From the NCBI RefSeq assembly GCF_018977255.1, contig NW_024704742.1:28582001-28646000 (forward strand): 64,000 nt of DNA, written 5' to 3'. Below are positions 11,030-23,869 of this stretch, one piece after another. The DNA is from Callorhinchus milii. Taxonomy: Eukaryota. Made by a program: the position numbers and the translations under genes. A model generated the notes under the pieces. The model worked only from the letters and a program-made list of their open reading frames with translations. It was not told where the DNA came from and made no database searches. The stretch's first letter is position 1. Each line of letters opens with the position of its first letter.

Positions 11030-12844
11030 TAAACATTTACTGTGCTATTTTACTGAATGGCTTGTTCTGGATGCTTGCTTTTGCATATATAAGTGCAAGA
11101 GCTCATTGTAAACCACAGCATTACTTGTTCTGTGCTGACAGCTGTAGCAGTGAGCTGCAGGATTATTAATTTTAAATGCTCTCACTGACACATGCGGTGG
11201 GTTTTCTCTCTACGCTCTTAACATCTCCCCTCACACATGTAAGGAAGAACATGCTAGGGATTGATACCTTCTTCTCCAAAGTTTCTGTTATATATTAAAA
11301 AAAAGCAGAAGGGGAAGATACACAAACCTTTTGTTGTCGCTCTATAAATACCATTAGAAATAACAACAGAAGGCAGCCGAAGGCAATTGTAACAAGCAGC
11401 AATAGTTCTCAAATCCGAGTCTGGCTGTGTGTTGGGAGTTACAGGCAAATCTAGATCATTTGTGCTGGACTGTCAGTGAGCACACCTCGAGTATTAGCAA
11501 AGGCTTTAGCACCTGCCCCAGCAACCGTGGTGAAGCAACTGATCGTCAATTCAACACAGGGTGTCACAGGTGCAGTCAAAACTCAGTCTCAAAGAACTAG
11601 TGCACTCGTGTTGTGGAGCAGGCGGGTAGCCTTGATGAGATCCTTTGTAAAGGTCTCATTTGACTTGAGAATTGAAAGCTGCCTATCAAATTCCTGTGCT
11701 GCAGTTTGAGAACACAAAGTCAAAGCAATGGAAGTCTATGTGGATGTGAAGGGGTGGGGGGAGGAAGCAGAAATGTATGCATTGTGGTACAGCACAAACA
11801 AGACTAAATTTTGTTTTTCAGTCACAGCAAATTCAAACGTGTTGACATGTTGGACAGTAACTAACAGAAAGCTGTGGGCCATACCCGCATTGTACATGTC
11901 ACTGACGTCTCTGTAAGTAACACCAAAACCTAAGGCTCTTTTTCTAGCTTACCAGTCATTCTGTGTACATTATGTGCTTTAGTACGTTCCCTTGCCACTA
12001 GTGTACCACTGCCTATTTATTGTAAAACATACTTTTGGCCAAGCACTGCCCATTGCACGTCTAAGCTATTAGTTGTGGTGACACCCACGTGGTTCAGTGT
12101 ATTTGGGTTTTGTTTTATTTGACTGAAAAATACCTATCTCTTGCTGAAATCCCTTGTGACTAAAGGTAACAGCTGGGGAAATCTGGATGTTTCAAGTGAT
12201 TAATCTGCCTCTGGCCTTAAGTATGTCACCCAATCCTTCTTTCCCAGCAGTGGTTTAACCTGGCATCATTTGTTAGGAGGTGTAAAGCAAAACTCTATGT
12301 TTACAAGTGATATGCAACATAATAATTCTACAATGAATCTTAATGATGATAAAGTAATGAGTTTGGTTCACTGTATATCTGTAAAGCTATTTTATGAATG
12401 AGCTTGTTGATTTCTTGGGAATCCGATAGGGCCTTTTTTCTGTAAAAATATATGTCATGAAATTGCGCACAGCATCCAAGCTTTGTGAAATTAAAACAAA
12501 AATAAAGCAATTAAAGGGTAAACTCGTTGGATAAAATTGCTGAGTCTTACACCAGAAACTGAGTTCCTTAGATGCAAACTGAAGTTGAGATTTATCCTGA
12601 CCACAAGGTTTTAAAAAGGATGACCTGTTCTAACTGCCGTTATTCTGGTTAATAAGACATTTGGTTTATCGTGCAGTGTGGCTCTGAACCCAGCAAAGAG
12701 TAAATAGGAGAGAAGGAAGAGGGCAGAACATGCGCCAGACTCAACATGCAGCATTCCCATGTCAACCTAAATTGTGATTTGAGTGTTGCAGGTGATTCAG
12801 AAATGAGCACTCGGTAGGTGCAGTGACATTTGGAGCTCTGTCAT

Positions 12845-13005
12845 CAATTGGTGCCCCGCAGTGCACATGTGTGGACATCAGGCGAAATAGGTTCAGGCTT
12901 GGGCTGTGATGTCCTTGGTTGAATGGCCCACCAGCACTCTGTCTCTAGGCTCAGACATGAGATGGTACCACTCAGGTGAGAAATTAGGGAGCTGTAGTCA
13001 GCCAT
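12845..13005 (+). mobile_element. LF-SINE-like remnant (3' part)
   Basis: atgtgtggacatcagg...gggctgtgatgtccttggttgaatggcc...ctaggctcagacatgag...ccactcaggtgag resembles the recalled LF-SINE 3' region. Confidence 0.55.
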
Positions 13006-13429
13006 GCAATTGGACATCAGTACCTGCTGAAATGGTGTGGAGAAGTATAGAAAGCAAAAAGATTTTTACTTTACCCAAGACATTTGAAGTTATTGGAGTA
13101 AAGCTCACAAGCGTAAAATTCATGTGACTCTTGGACTGTTGCTTTATGCAATAATGATCAACTGCCTGTAGAGTACAGAAAATGGGCAGATTGTTCTGTA
13201 CAATTTAATCAGCATAAGTGGAGTCTATTTTTGCTGCTCAGTTACTGCTCTTGCTTAAACCTCCAGCTTGTTTTTCTGATCCTTTGCAGCTTGAACATTT
13301 TATATACCAGCATAAAGTACCCTCTGAGATGTTTCTTTTCAAGACTAAGAAGAAAAAAAGACTAAGAAAAGCATTAGCTTGTCTTATTGTTACTTATAGC
13401 TCATTCCTCTAACATTGGTGAATATCGCC

Positions 13430-13805
13430 CTCATTGCTGCTCCTCTGCACTACATCTAGGGTCTGAGAAACCCACTTACATCACAGTGGCCAGAACTCCG
13501 TGCAGTACTCCAGGTGCAACCTTACCAAAGCACTAAGTAGTTTGAGTATAACATCTGGAAATTAAACTCAACTGATTTGGCAATATAGCTCATCATCCTG
13601 TTTGCATTGTTTATTATTGTTGCTTCACGCTGTTTTGATTTGGTGAGCTATTTGGTCAACTAATACCCCATTATGTTGATCAGCTCCCCCCTTGGCAAGG
13701 TCTATCTTATCCATGGAATACATGCATTTCCTATTCTAACTTCCGCTACGTAATGCCTTGCATTTATTTGTGTTAAACTTCATTTGCCAGTAATCAGCCA
13801 TATAC
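13430..13805 (-). mobile_element. CR1 LINE ORF2 (RT C-terminal) fragment
   Basis: Minus-strand translation gives WQMKFNTNKCKAL, GVLVD, ANRMMSYIAKSVEF and ALVRLHLEYCTEFWP, with frameshifts. Confidence 0.85.
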
Positions 13806-14920
13806 ATATCCTAAACCTTACCTGCCTGCCCTACCCTGCTGCCTGCCCAACCACCTGCCCTACAGGCTGCCCACCTGCCTGCTCAGTTGACAGAGAGCAG
13901 GAGTCTGACCCGCACTCTGCCACATATCCATGACATCATTGTCAGATTGGTTTGGTGAAGTTGGAATTAGCCATATTCAAGCTATTGTAGCTGGATCAGA
14001 AAAAATCCACAGCACTATCCTCCCACAACTTCCACGATGTAACTTGTAGTGGCTGCTGAATGGGATGGTGGATGGATAGCCCTGCCTTATCACTTGACTG
14101 GTTTATGGGAGTAGGTGGTGTTTGATCTGCCCTGTGGAATCTAAGTGAAGCCTCCTGTTCCTGGGCAAGCAGTGGAGAGCTGAGCTGTTCCACAGGGGTT
14201 AACCCAACAATACAGAGCTGTACCTCAAATGATCTCCTGGTGTAATCTGGAGTGCCCAGCAGTGGGTGGCTAGCCTTTCTCCAAAGTGTGACATATGGGT
14301 TCTGCCATTTGGTTGTGACAATGTTCTGGCTAGGAATGTTACAAAGACTTTATCACATTTCAGGCTATTTCTTGGGCTAAACACCTCTGATGCTGACCGA
14401 TGGCTTCAAAGGAGGAATGGAGATGCTGCATATTAGTCACCGAGCAGATGTTGGACTCCTCCGATGTTGAGACTTTGCTCACTTTGGGACAGTTCTCTGA
14501 TACCTTCCATCACTTCCTGCATGAAGCCCCTCAAGCTTCTCTCGAATGCTTCCAAATCCTAACTGACTCTTAAAACCTCACCCATTGTATCGCTTTCACA
14601 TGCCTGAGCTACCAAGCTGTGACATGCGAAAGTATTCCACGACACGCTGATGGAAGGTTCACTGTTAGGGTATGAATTTACTTTAGTATTTTTTCTTTTC
14701 CCTTGGATAATGCAAATATCTTTGGCATGTTTAATTTAAAGCAGGTTAGCAATGATTTGTTCCGTTTTTTAAAATAAACTTTGATTTGTATTTATTTTTG
14801 TTTCATGTTGTATGAAAAGGCAAATAGCCATTTCTTTTGAACTATTGTTATTTTCCCCAGCTATTCTTGGTGCCTATTTTATACAGCAGGCAAAGTCTAG
14901 ATACTCTGAACACTCGCGGA

Positions 14921-15041
14921 GTTAACCCCCATAACAGGATTTCATCTTTTAATCTAGACTGACCATCCAGTGTAGTATGCAAGGCATTCTGCAGCGTTGG
15001 AGATGCTGTCCTTTGGATGAGACATTAAATAGAGGTTTCAT
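14921..15041 (+). mobile_element. Deu-core SINE fragment, local duplicate of 17910-18152
   Basis: Shares the unusual 5' sequence gttaacccc(c)ataacagga...ttttaatctagactgaccatccagtgtagtatg with the 17910 copy. Confidence 0.7.
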
Positions 15042-15494
15042 ATTTTTAAGTAGTGATGGGCATCAGACACCTGGTTAACAAAATCCCCCCAGCAAGGTAA
15101 AACAGCTACGTATTGATGTAATAGGGCTATTTATTCTGTTGATGCAAAAATGCAAGCACCTGAATTCCAAATAAAAACATTCTATAATTCCTGAATGTTT
15201 GTCCTTCAAGTTCTCGTGTTTGGAGGGTTAGGTGCTACACATCTGTTCCTATTAGATGTATTTATACATCACCGATTGATAGTCAAATGCATTAAAAATG
15301 CATGAATTTTGCTTGTGTTCCTTCAGGTGAACCCTAACAATGTTGGGGTGTTTTAAATNAAAAAAATGGAATTTGATGTGTGTTTTCATGGAATAAGTTT
15401 TACATTTTACTCCCAAGTTCTGTTACTTTCAAATTGTTTTGTTGACAGAAAATTGCACAGAATTTGTAACTTCTGGTTTCAGTAGGTTAGATGC

Positions 15495-15860
15495 TCGAGC
15501 CCCACATCAGGACTTTGAGCTCGCAGATTAGCTGATACTTCATTGTCAGAGGTGCAGTCCTTCAGATGAAACATTGAACAGAGTCTAGCTGTTCAGGTGG
15601 ATGTTAAAGATCCTGTGGCGCCATGTGAAGAGAGCAGGAAATTTCTCTTCTCCTGGCCAACAATGGTCCAGATGAATTGTTGAATCACTTTATGGCTGTG
15701 CACGGCACTATGTTATGTGCAAATTGGCCACTGTGTTTGCCAAAAATGTGTGGTCACCAAACAAAACGACAGTTACCTGTGAAGTGCTTTGAGACAATGA
15801 GATATTATGGACAAATATCAAATGCAAGGATTATTATTATTAATTATCATTATTATTATA
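15495..15860 (+). mobile_element. Deu-core SINE
   Basis: gttcaggtggatgttaaagatcctgtggc core and tail tatcaaatgcaaggattattattatta. Confidence 0.75.
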
Positions 15861-15861
15861 A

Positions 15862-17407
15862 TGAGGAGATCTTCCGATCTCCTTCTCCCACCCTGGCCCC
15901 TACCCATCCGTCCCTCTACACCTTCGAACCTGTCTCCTACTCCTCTCTCATCACCACTATAACCTGCATGAAACCGACCACCTGCTCCCTCGACCCCATC
16001 CCTACTCCTCTCCTTAACTCCCAGCTCCACCTCCTTGCCCCCTCTACTCACAGACATTATAAATTTCTCCCTATCCACTGGTACTGTTCCCACCCCAACA
16101 TAAACATCATCACTCCTATCCTTAAAACACCCTCCTTGGACCCATCTCTACTCACTAACTATCACCCCATCTCCAACCTCCCTTTCCTCTCCAAGGTCCT
16201 GGAACGAGTTGTTGCTTCCCAGCTTCGCTCCTTCCTCCCTGCCGCTCTCTTCACGAACCCCTTTAATTGGGTTTCCGTGCCGCCCACAGCACAGAAATAG
16301 CCTGGTCAAAGTGACAAATGACATTCTGTCCATCTGCAACCAGAGCCCCCTCTGCCTCCTCATCCTCTTTGATCTCTCTGCTGCTTTCAACACCGTCTAC
16401 CACTCTATCCTCATCTACCATCTCTCCTCTCACCTCAACCTTCACGGCTTTGTCCTTGACTGGTTCAGATCGTACCTCTCACACCGCCTGCACTTCATCT
16501 CCACAAACGGTTTCTCCTCTAGCCCCCGGTCCGTCTCATGCGGCGTTCCTCAGGGCTCTGTCCTCGATCCCCTCCTCTTCAATATCTATATGCTCCCTCT
16601 TGGTGACATCATCCTCAGACATGGGGTCAACTTCTATATGTATGTGGATGACACTCAACTCTACCTCTCTACCTCCACCCTTGACTCCAGGACCACTGCT
16701 GATCTGATAGAATATCTGTCAAACATCAAGTCCTGGATGAGAGCTAACTTTCTTCAGTTGAATGTCAACAAGACCGAGGCTCTCCTGATTGGCTCTGGTC
16801 AGCGCCTCCTCACCTCAGAAGCTGACAGCATCACCATCTATAGATGCACCCTTCACCTTACTAAGCCGGAATCTTGCCGTCTTGTTTGACCATCAACTGT
16901 CCTTTTTTCCCCACGTCTGTGTCATGACCCATTCTGCCTTCCCCCACGTCCACAACATCTCACTGTCTCACACCGCAGGCTACCAAAACCTCATACATGC
17001 TTTCATTACATCGAGGCTCGACTATGCAAACTCCTTGTTTGTCGGCCCCATGAACTCCTCCCTCCATAGGCTGCAGATCATCCAGAACTCTGCTGCCCGT
17101 GTCCTCTCACAGGTTCCATAACCCTATCACCCCCATCCTCGCCCGACTCTACTGGCTTCCATCGCACAGAGGCTACAGTTCAAGATCCTGGTCCAAACCT
17201 TCAAAACTCTCCATGGTCTTGCTCGCCCCTACCTCTGCGATCTCCTAACCTCTTATAATCCTGCTCGTTCCCTCTCCTCACCCTGCTTGCCCCCCCTGTC
17301 CTCCACCCTCCCCAGCTTGGGGATGAAACTCTGTCTGTCCAGTGCCTTAGGATGTCCTCCCGACGTGAAAGGCACTATACAAATGTAAATTGGTTGTTTT
17401 TGTTGTT
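15862..17407 (+). mobile_element. L2 LINE, 5'-truncated, about 1.5 kb of frameshifted ORF2 RT plus 3' tail
   Basis: Motifs TCSLDPIPT, NYHPISNLPFLSKVLERVVA, DLSAAFNTV, GVPQGSVLDPLLF, YVDDTQLY, LNVNKTE and SRLDYANSL. Tail gatgtcctcccgacgtgaaaggcactatacaaatgtaa followed by (ttg)n-like sequence. Confidence 0.95.
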
Positions 17408-17909
17408 CAATCGCAGCTCCTGTCCTCAATCAAGTTTAAACATACTTCATACAGCTAATCAGATCACTGTATTTTCATTGTTGTGATTAAATATTTGACA
17501 ATTCCTCAAAATATCAAGAATTTGAATATTGTTCTGAGTCACACAGCAAATTCCATTTAGACTAAAATATGTAAAGGCCTATAGGGGAAAGCAGAGGAGT
17601 TGTTTGAAGGACCAAATTGACTGTAGGTTCAGAAATAAAGCAACATCCTTCAAAGGAGATTCAAAGAAAATCAGAAACTTTCAATGAAGCTCATTCCATA
17701 GTCATCTTCAGAACAACATCTTTAATTCCAATTGAATTTCAGTCAAGCTTAGTACTGATGTAATTTACACTGAAGTGTTATAGCTCCCCTTCAGTCACAA
17801 GAGAGAACTGCAGTCAGTTTCACTCATCCGATCAAGGAGGGTTAGAGAAAAGGAGAAGTTAATACAGAGAGCTACACCATTTACGATTTTGATTGGTAGC
17901 TTTTGTGCA

Positions 17910-18310
17910 GTTAACCCCATAACAGGACTTGATCTTTTAATCTAGACTGACCATCCAGTGTAGTATGGAAGGCATGCTGCAGGGTTGGAGATAATAATAA
18001 TAATAATAATAATCCTTGCATTTGATATAGCGCTTTTCACATCTTCTCGACGTCTCAAAGCGCTTCACAGAATATACTGTAAAGTGAATTGACCTTATAT
18101 TTGTGGGTGAAAGATACTGTCCTTTGGGGGAGGCATTAAATAGAGGTTCCATCTGCCAGTTGAGGTGGATATTAAAGCTGCCATGGCACTATGAAGAAGC
18201 AGGGCAGGAGAAAATATTCCTAGATTGCCAGCCAATATTTCTCCCTTGTCCAAATTCACCAAAGGGAATTAATTGATGATTCATCTCCGTTCTCTTTGTG
18301 GGAACATTCG
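17910..18310 (+). mobile_element. Deu-core SINE interrupted by an antisense SINE tail (17994-18111)
   Basis: Host sequence resumes after the insert; TSD agata at 17989-17993 and 18112-18116. Confidence 0.8.
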
Positions 18311-20434
18311 TTGTGGTTCAAGGTGTGAGCATGAACTGAGATGCTCTAATGCGATAAGCCATTCTTCAACTGCAAGTCTGATTATCATGTAATGATAATA
18401 ATACTAATCCTTGCATTTGATATTGCGCCCTATCATGTCTTTGAGACGTCTCAAAGCGCTTCACAGAATATACTGTAAAGTGAATTGACTGTATATTTTG
18501 GGGACAAAACAAAATTCAACTATTTTGTAAGTCATGTAAGTGTAGGTCCCCTGTTGAGTAGAAAGGAGGCAACAGAAAATAATAACAATGTGTGAGTGTG
18601 TTCTCCTTAAATGTTTTGGAGAAATAGACAAGAAAGTTTTTCCCGTATCTTGGGAATTCATTTTAACTTACTGATCATGTCAGTTGAAAATGCCACTTTT
18701 GTACAGTTTATGAATAAACTTTAAAAAGAGGACAGTTTAGTGGGAGGATGCAGTGGGGGGTGAGGTGCGGGGGAGAAGGAAAGCAGAAGACCATCGGAGG
18801 CCTCTTCCTGTCCTCCTCCCCCATTTATGTTTGGCTGCAATTTCACTGTGCAATCTGTGCGTCAGGAAACTAACTCCATAATAAACTTGGTTTGTTCAGC
18901 CTGCTTGTCGGACAGCTGTAAATTCAAATGTATTCCTCATTTCCAGCTGTTTAGAATTAATCACACAGTCTGACTCATGTGAATGGATTTATATGCAGTG
19001 ATATTAGTTTTAGAGTGAAAACTTCTACCTCCCAGCATTGTTTTAACCCTGGGTCTGCCAATAGTTCCTTAATGTCCTGCCTAAATGGGCTGACAAGTTC
19101 TGTAGATTTTTAACTCACAAATTGAGAAAGGATGGGATAAGTTTAGTGATTTATCATAAACAATAATTGTTGCATTTGATATAGTACCTATTATGTGGCA
19201 GCGACACAAAATGCTTCACAGATAATTGCTGTGAAGTGAAGTGACAGTGTATTTGTAGGCGAATGTGGCAGCCAATTTGCACATACCAATAGCCCACAAA
19301 CAGCCATGAAGTGAATGACTAATTTGTGACATGTTAAAATAGAATCGTGCAAATTTTCATTAAGGCAGGAAGATGAATCTGGGAACGGTCGAGAAATTAA
19401 AGTGGAAGAATTGCAGGATCAGAAACAGCCCAAGAAATGGTCAGAGGGTCAACAAATTGAAGAAGTAAGTGTTTCTTATTCAAAGAGCCATGCACCACAC
19501 AACACTATTAATTAATTGATTGACCTGATGGTTCAAAGTGCTCTGAAAGTAGAACCTGTCCACCTCCGAGACCGCTTTAAACGATCGCATCGGAGAAACC
19601 GGCTGTGCCGTGCAATAGACTTGTAGATCGTAGACTGTAGCATGGGCACTTAACTGCCTATTAGCGGGTCACAGGTTTTACATTCGTTTTTTGTTTGATG
19701 AAACCAACTAACCAGATGTACAATGCCACAATCCGTGGGCCAGAAATACAAGCACGATATGGCTGGCCTGGCGGATGCGGGCATGAGAAGGGTCATTGGA
19801 GGGTTCACCTCAAGTACACTGGGGATCAGTCAATGTGGTAACTATTATATATAAAACATTTTTAAACATTTCCTGTGCTTGCTGTCATTACGTATTTCCT
19901 TTTATGTTTTCTTCGTCCTGATTCCAGATTTCTAACTTCAAAAAATAGTCACTAACCCTTTTGCTCCTTTCTTCCAGACCCACTATCAATTTTGCGCAGT
20001 GGAACAGAGTGTTTTTTAAATGGTTTTTATTGACTTCAATATCTGGTTTTACAGAAACGAAAAGCTAAAACATGGAAGATTGACAGTGCTGCATCATCTA
20101 TGTGACCAGGTCAAGTTCTGACTCAGTTACCATGTCTAAAGAAAGAAATAAGGATTACAATCCAGTAAACTCTGTGCTGGCCACATTGACACAGACACTT
20201 GAATGAATAATACTAAGGAAATCTCCACAAATGGTTAAAAAAACCACTGTAGTCATTTTGCAATTGTTTTCTTTGGAATGAGACAGGCATCAGTGAGGTT
20301 GATTGTGCTTATCATAGTATCATACTGAGCAATATAAGTTTTAAGGAGTTGAACACTTTATATTCTTGACACAAGTATCAGGCTGAAGGTCAAATACAGC
20401 ATAGACAACTCTGAAGAAAGAAAGAGTCTGTGTT

Positions 20435-20808
20435 GGGGTACAGCTGGAGTTTAACCAGCTAAAAGCACATAGCGTTCCACTGAGAGCACTGCCTGGTAAG
20501 CTTTTCTGCTGCTTGTCCAGCTAGGACCATCCTACCAGTTAGGGCTTTGGCTTGCAGAGAAGCTAACTGCCCACAGTGACTGGTCCTCTCTTCCAGATGC
20601 TGCTGATGAGCTAGGCTGGCTTTGCTGTCATCAGCAGTTCCCTGGAGCACTGCGGACCCACCTGGCCCAGGAACTGGTCTATTGAGACTGCCACAGATGG
20701 TGGGCTCAATTCCGACATTCCATTGCCAAATATGTCACCTTGGAGCCAGTTCAGCTCCAAGGAGTCCCCATTTACGTCCACCTCAAGGAGGGTATTCCCT
20801 AGTGGGTC
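20435..20808 (-). repeat. Unclassified interspersed repeat, internal copy
   Basis: ggagtttaaccagctaaaagcac...gctgatgag...tcatcagc...ctcaattcc.acattcca...tgtcacttgga aligns with 4460-4830. Confidence 0.7.
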
Positions 20809-20809
20809 A

Positions 20810-21458
20810 TTTGACATCCGCCAAGAGCAGAGACACTTTCCTCCACCTCCGTTACATTGACAGCCTCACCATAACTCACACCCAATGCAGCCAAAACCGT
20901 CATCCATGTATTTGTCATTTCCTGTTTTGATTATTCCAATGCCCTCCTTGCCGGTCTCCCCAGCTCCACTATTCAACTAATTAAAAACTCCTGCTGCCTA
21001 TATACTCAATCGCTCTAACCTCCGTACATCCATCATACCAGTCCTTGCCAGGCTCCACAGGCTCCCTCTCACAGAATGGATCAACTTCACAATTCACACA
21101 TCATCTACAAATCCCTTAATTCCCTGGCACCTCCCTACCTCTCCGACCTGCTTACTCCCCACTTCACCAGCTGCTCCGCTGCCTACAGCCTCTTGCGTGG
21201 CCCTCGTCATTTCCGCTCCACCATCGTCAACTGTGCTTTCAGCTACTATGGCCCGAAGCTTTGGAACTCTCTCCCTCAATCCCTCCACCTTGCCCCCTCC
21301 TTTACCTTTTTCGGATCAGCCTGAAGGCCTTCCTCTTCAACCATACTTACAGTCATCTCCGCCCATCCCCTGGCTCAGCATCAGGCACCCCCATTGTTGC
21401 AAACCCCAAGACGCTACCCGTGTGAAGGGCATGATATAAATGCAAGTTGATGTTGTTG
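20810..21458 (+). mobile_element. L2 LINE 3' fragment
   Basis: YKSLNSLAPPYLSDLL and AFSYYGPKLWNSLP motifs; tail tataaatgcaagttgatgttgtt. Confidence 0.9.
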
Positions 21459-23246
21459 ATTGAGCCCTCACTAGGTGGATGGCAGGTTTCAGGAACTCCC
21501 TGCGAGCCTGGTGGGCAACACAGCACAGCATGAAATGTGTGAGAGCATTACCAGCATCTTCCTGTATGCAGCTCGGCAGTCATCCTTAACTCTTAACTTC
21601 TTTTTAGAACAAAAATAGTTGGCATTATTTTGAATAACTCATCACTATTTATTATTACCAGCAATGAAACTGTCTCCAATTGCAAAGGGGAAATTGGTGC
21701 ATTAGGACCAAATGTTAAAACTATTTTTCAGAATAAGATCAGAGCAAAGATGATCTTGTTATTGACGATAATGAGCAATTCCAGTTTAAAGTGAACCCAG
21801 ATGTATTTCAGAGTACGTGCCCTGGTAGTTTTCCAATTCCACACATACTGAAGACTGGTTGATTTACAGAATCTCAAATTACTGTAATCATAAAAAATAT
21901 GCCTAGTGCATTTAGTGAATGTTTGTGAACTGAAGTAGGTTAACAAAATAACGTGTCTAAACAACCAATTCAGGGTTATAAATTTAAGAAATAAAATGCA
22001 TTAATCCAGCTGTGAACTCCGGAACTACAGTGGGATAAGGGAGGAAAATACATTTTTGTGGGAAAGGCCCTTGTGTCATACAGGATATGACAAACCAATT
22101 AAATTCCTCCTTCCCTCCCTGACTTTGTTCAAGCTGTGTTTCAAAAACTACCTCTTTGACTACGCTTCTGGTCATTTTTTCCCTTCCCACTTCCCCAACT
22201 CCCAGCCCCCAGCTCAAGTACTAAGCCAGCATTGTTAAGTGCCTTGGAACGTCATCCCAACATGAAGGCCGCTATATAAATGTTGTTGTAATACACATGA
22301 AGTAATCACATAAAATATATAATATTAACATAACTTTTGCCTGGTCAGCTACGTGTCTGACACATACAGAAGCGCATCACAGCATTTAAGAGTATTTAAA
22401 CCAGACAAGGAATTGCTCATATTTATGTCCCAACACATGGAAATTTCCCTATGTTCACAGACATAGTGAAATAACAAAAGACACTTGGGAAGTGCCCAAG
22501 TGTCGTCATAGACAAAAGGCTACCATTGTAGAAGTAAGAGGGATTATCTTAGTTTTATGTAGGGTGGTTTTACACGTTACTGCATTTTAGTAGATTTTTG
22601 ACATAGAAGACTTTCAAACTCCTCTTCAAACTCCACACTGAGGTCATTCTCCCACTGGAGTTTCATTACGAGTTCAGAGAACCCTCATGAGGGTTTAACC
22701 GACAACTTTCTGACTCAGAGGCAGGGCTGAGCCAGGCTGACAGACAATAGATTCAAAGAAACAGACTCAAAAGAACCAAAAATACTTACCAACTGAATGT
22801 GAGTTTTAACTCATTACCAAAAATATTCTAAATTTTGATAGGAATTTTTTGTTAATTCCAGATGACCCATTTTGTGTCACAATTCAAAATTGAATATCAT
22901 CTGCAATACTGTATTAATAATCTTTGCAATTGGTAAAGTGTCTTATCACGTCGTTGAGACATTACAAAATGCGTCATAGGATATACTGTAAAGTGAACGT
23001 AGCTGTGTATCGTGGCAGTGGCATGTATTGTTAATGGAGAAATTCCTGCTTTATCCATGTTAGTTGGTGACTATTTCCTGTGGGTAAACTCACTAACACT
23101 AGCTCCGACTTTTTATTACCACCAGCCCTGTTAATAATGTATTCCACTCACCTCTGCAATGGAGAACAAGATTCTCTTTTATGAGAGGTAAATTGTTTAT
23201 ATTTATATGATTATTTGTCTTGCTTTAATGCAACTTTTGTAGGGTT

Positions 23247-23325
23247 AGAACATACCAGAAAAAATAACAAATCTTTCCTTTAGGTGATCTAAAGGAAAGA
23301 TTTGTTATTTTTTCTGGTATGTTCT
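23247..23325. repeat. Perfect inverted repeat, 37-bp arms with 5-nt loop
   Basis: agaacataccagaaaaaataacaaatctttcctttag / gtgat / ctaaaggaaagatttgttattttttctggtatgttct. Confidence 0.95.
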
Positions 23326-23869
23326 TTGATATCCCATCCTGTTTATGCACCTTGACATAGTAGCTAAAATTAGTGAGCTAAGTAATGTCAGTTTTTTATT
23401 GTTTCAATAACCATTAAAACACAAATACGCCAAGTTATTTCAACCTGAAATATCATTGCATTGAATTAAGCTCAAATTTGTCTGGTATTAGAAGAACTAC
23501 ACAGTGCAATGAATTCATCAGGCTCAGGAATTTGTGTATCACAGGCTTTATAATATATAGTCTCACCTGCTTTTTCAGTGCAGGGCTGAGAGAGTTGCCC
23601 TCTTTCAGACAAGACGTTAGACCAAGTTTCTGTCTGCTTGTTAAAGTGGATGATGTTAACAGCCTCACAGCGAGAAGGACGTTTTTAAAGAATCGAGTAT
23701 TCAAAATGAGAAGGAAGTTTCTCCCGGTGTATTGATCATTCATTTCATGGTTGTTCGTGGAACAATGCCGTGTGCTGATTGTCATGTTTGCCTACTGATA
23801 TATACTTATATATAGTTACTGTTAGAGCAATTAAAGGCAGTCCTGCGAGTAACTCATCTGTCGCCACTG

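Noticed and set aside
15677-17121. 207-, 226- and 110-aa ORFs as a host or domesticated RT gene
   Set aside because: They are consecutive frameshifted pieces of a decayed L2 ORF2.
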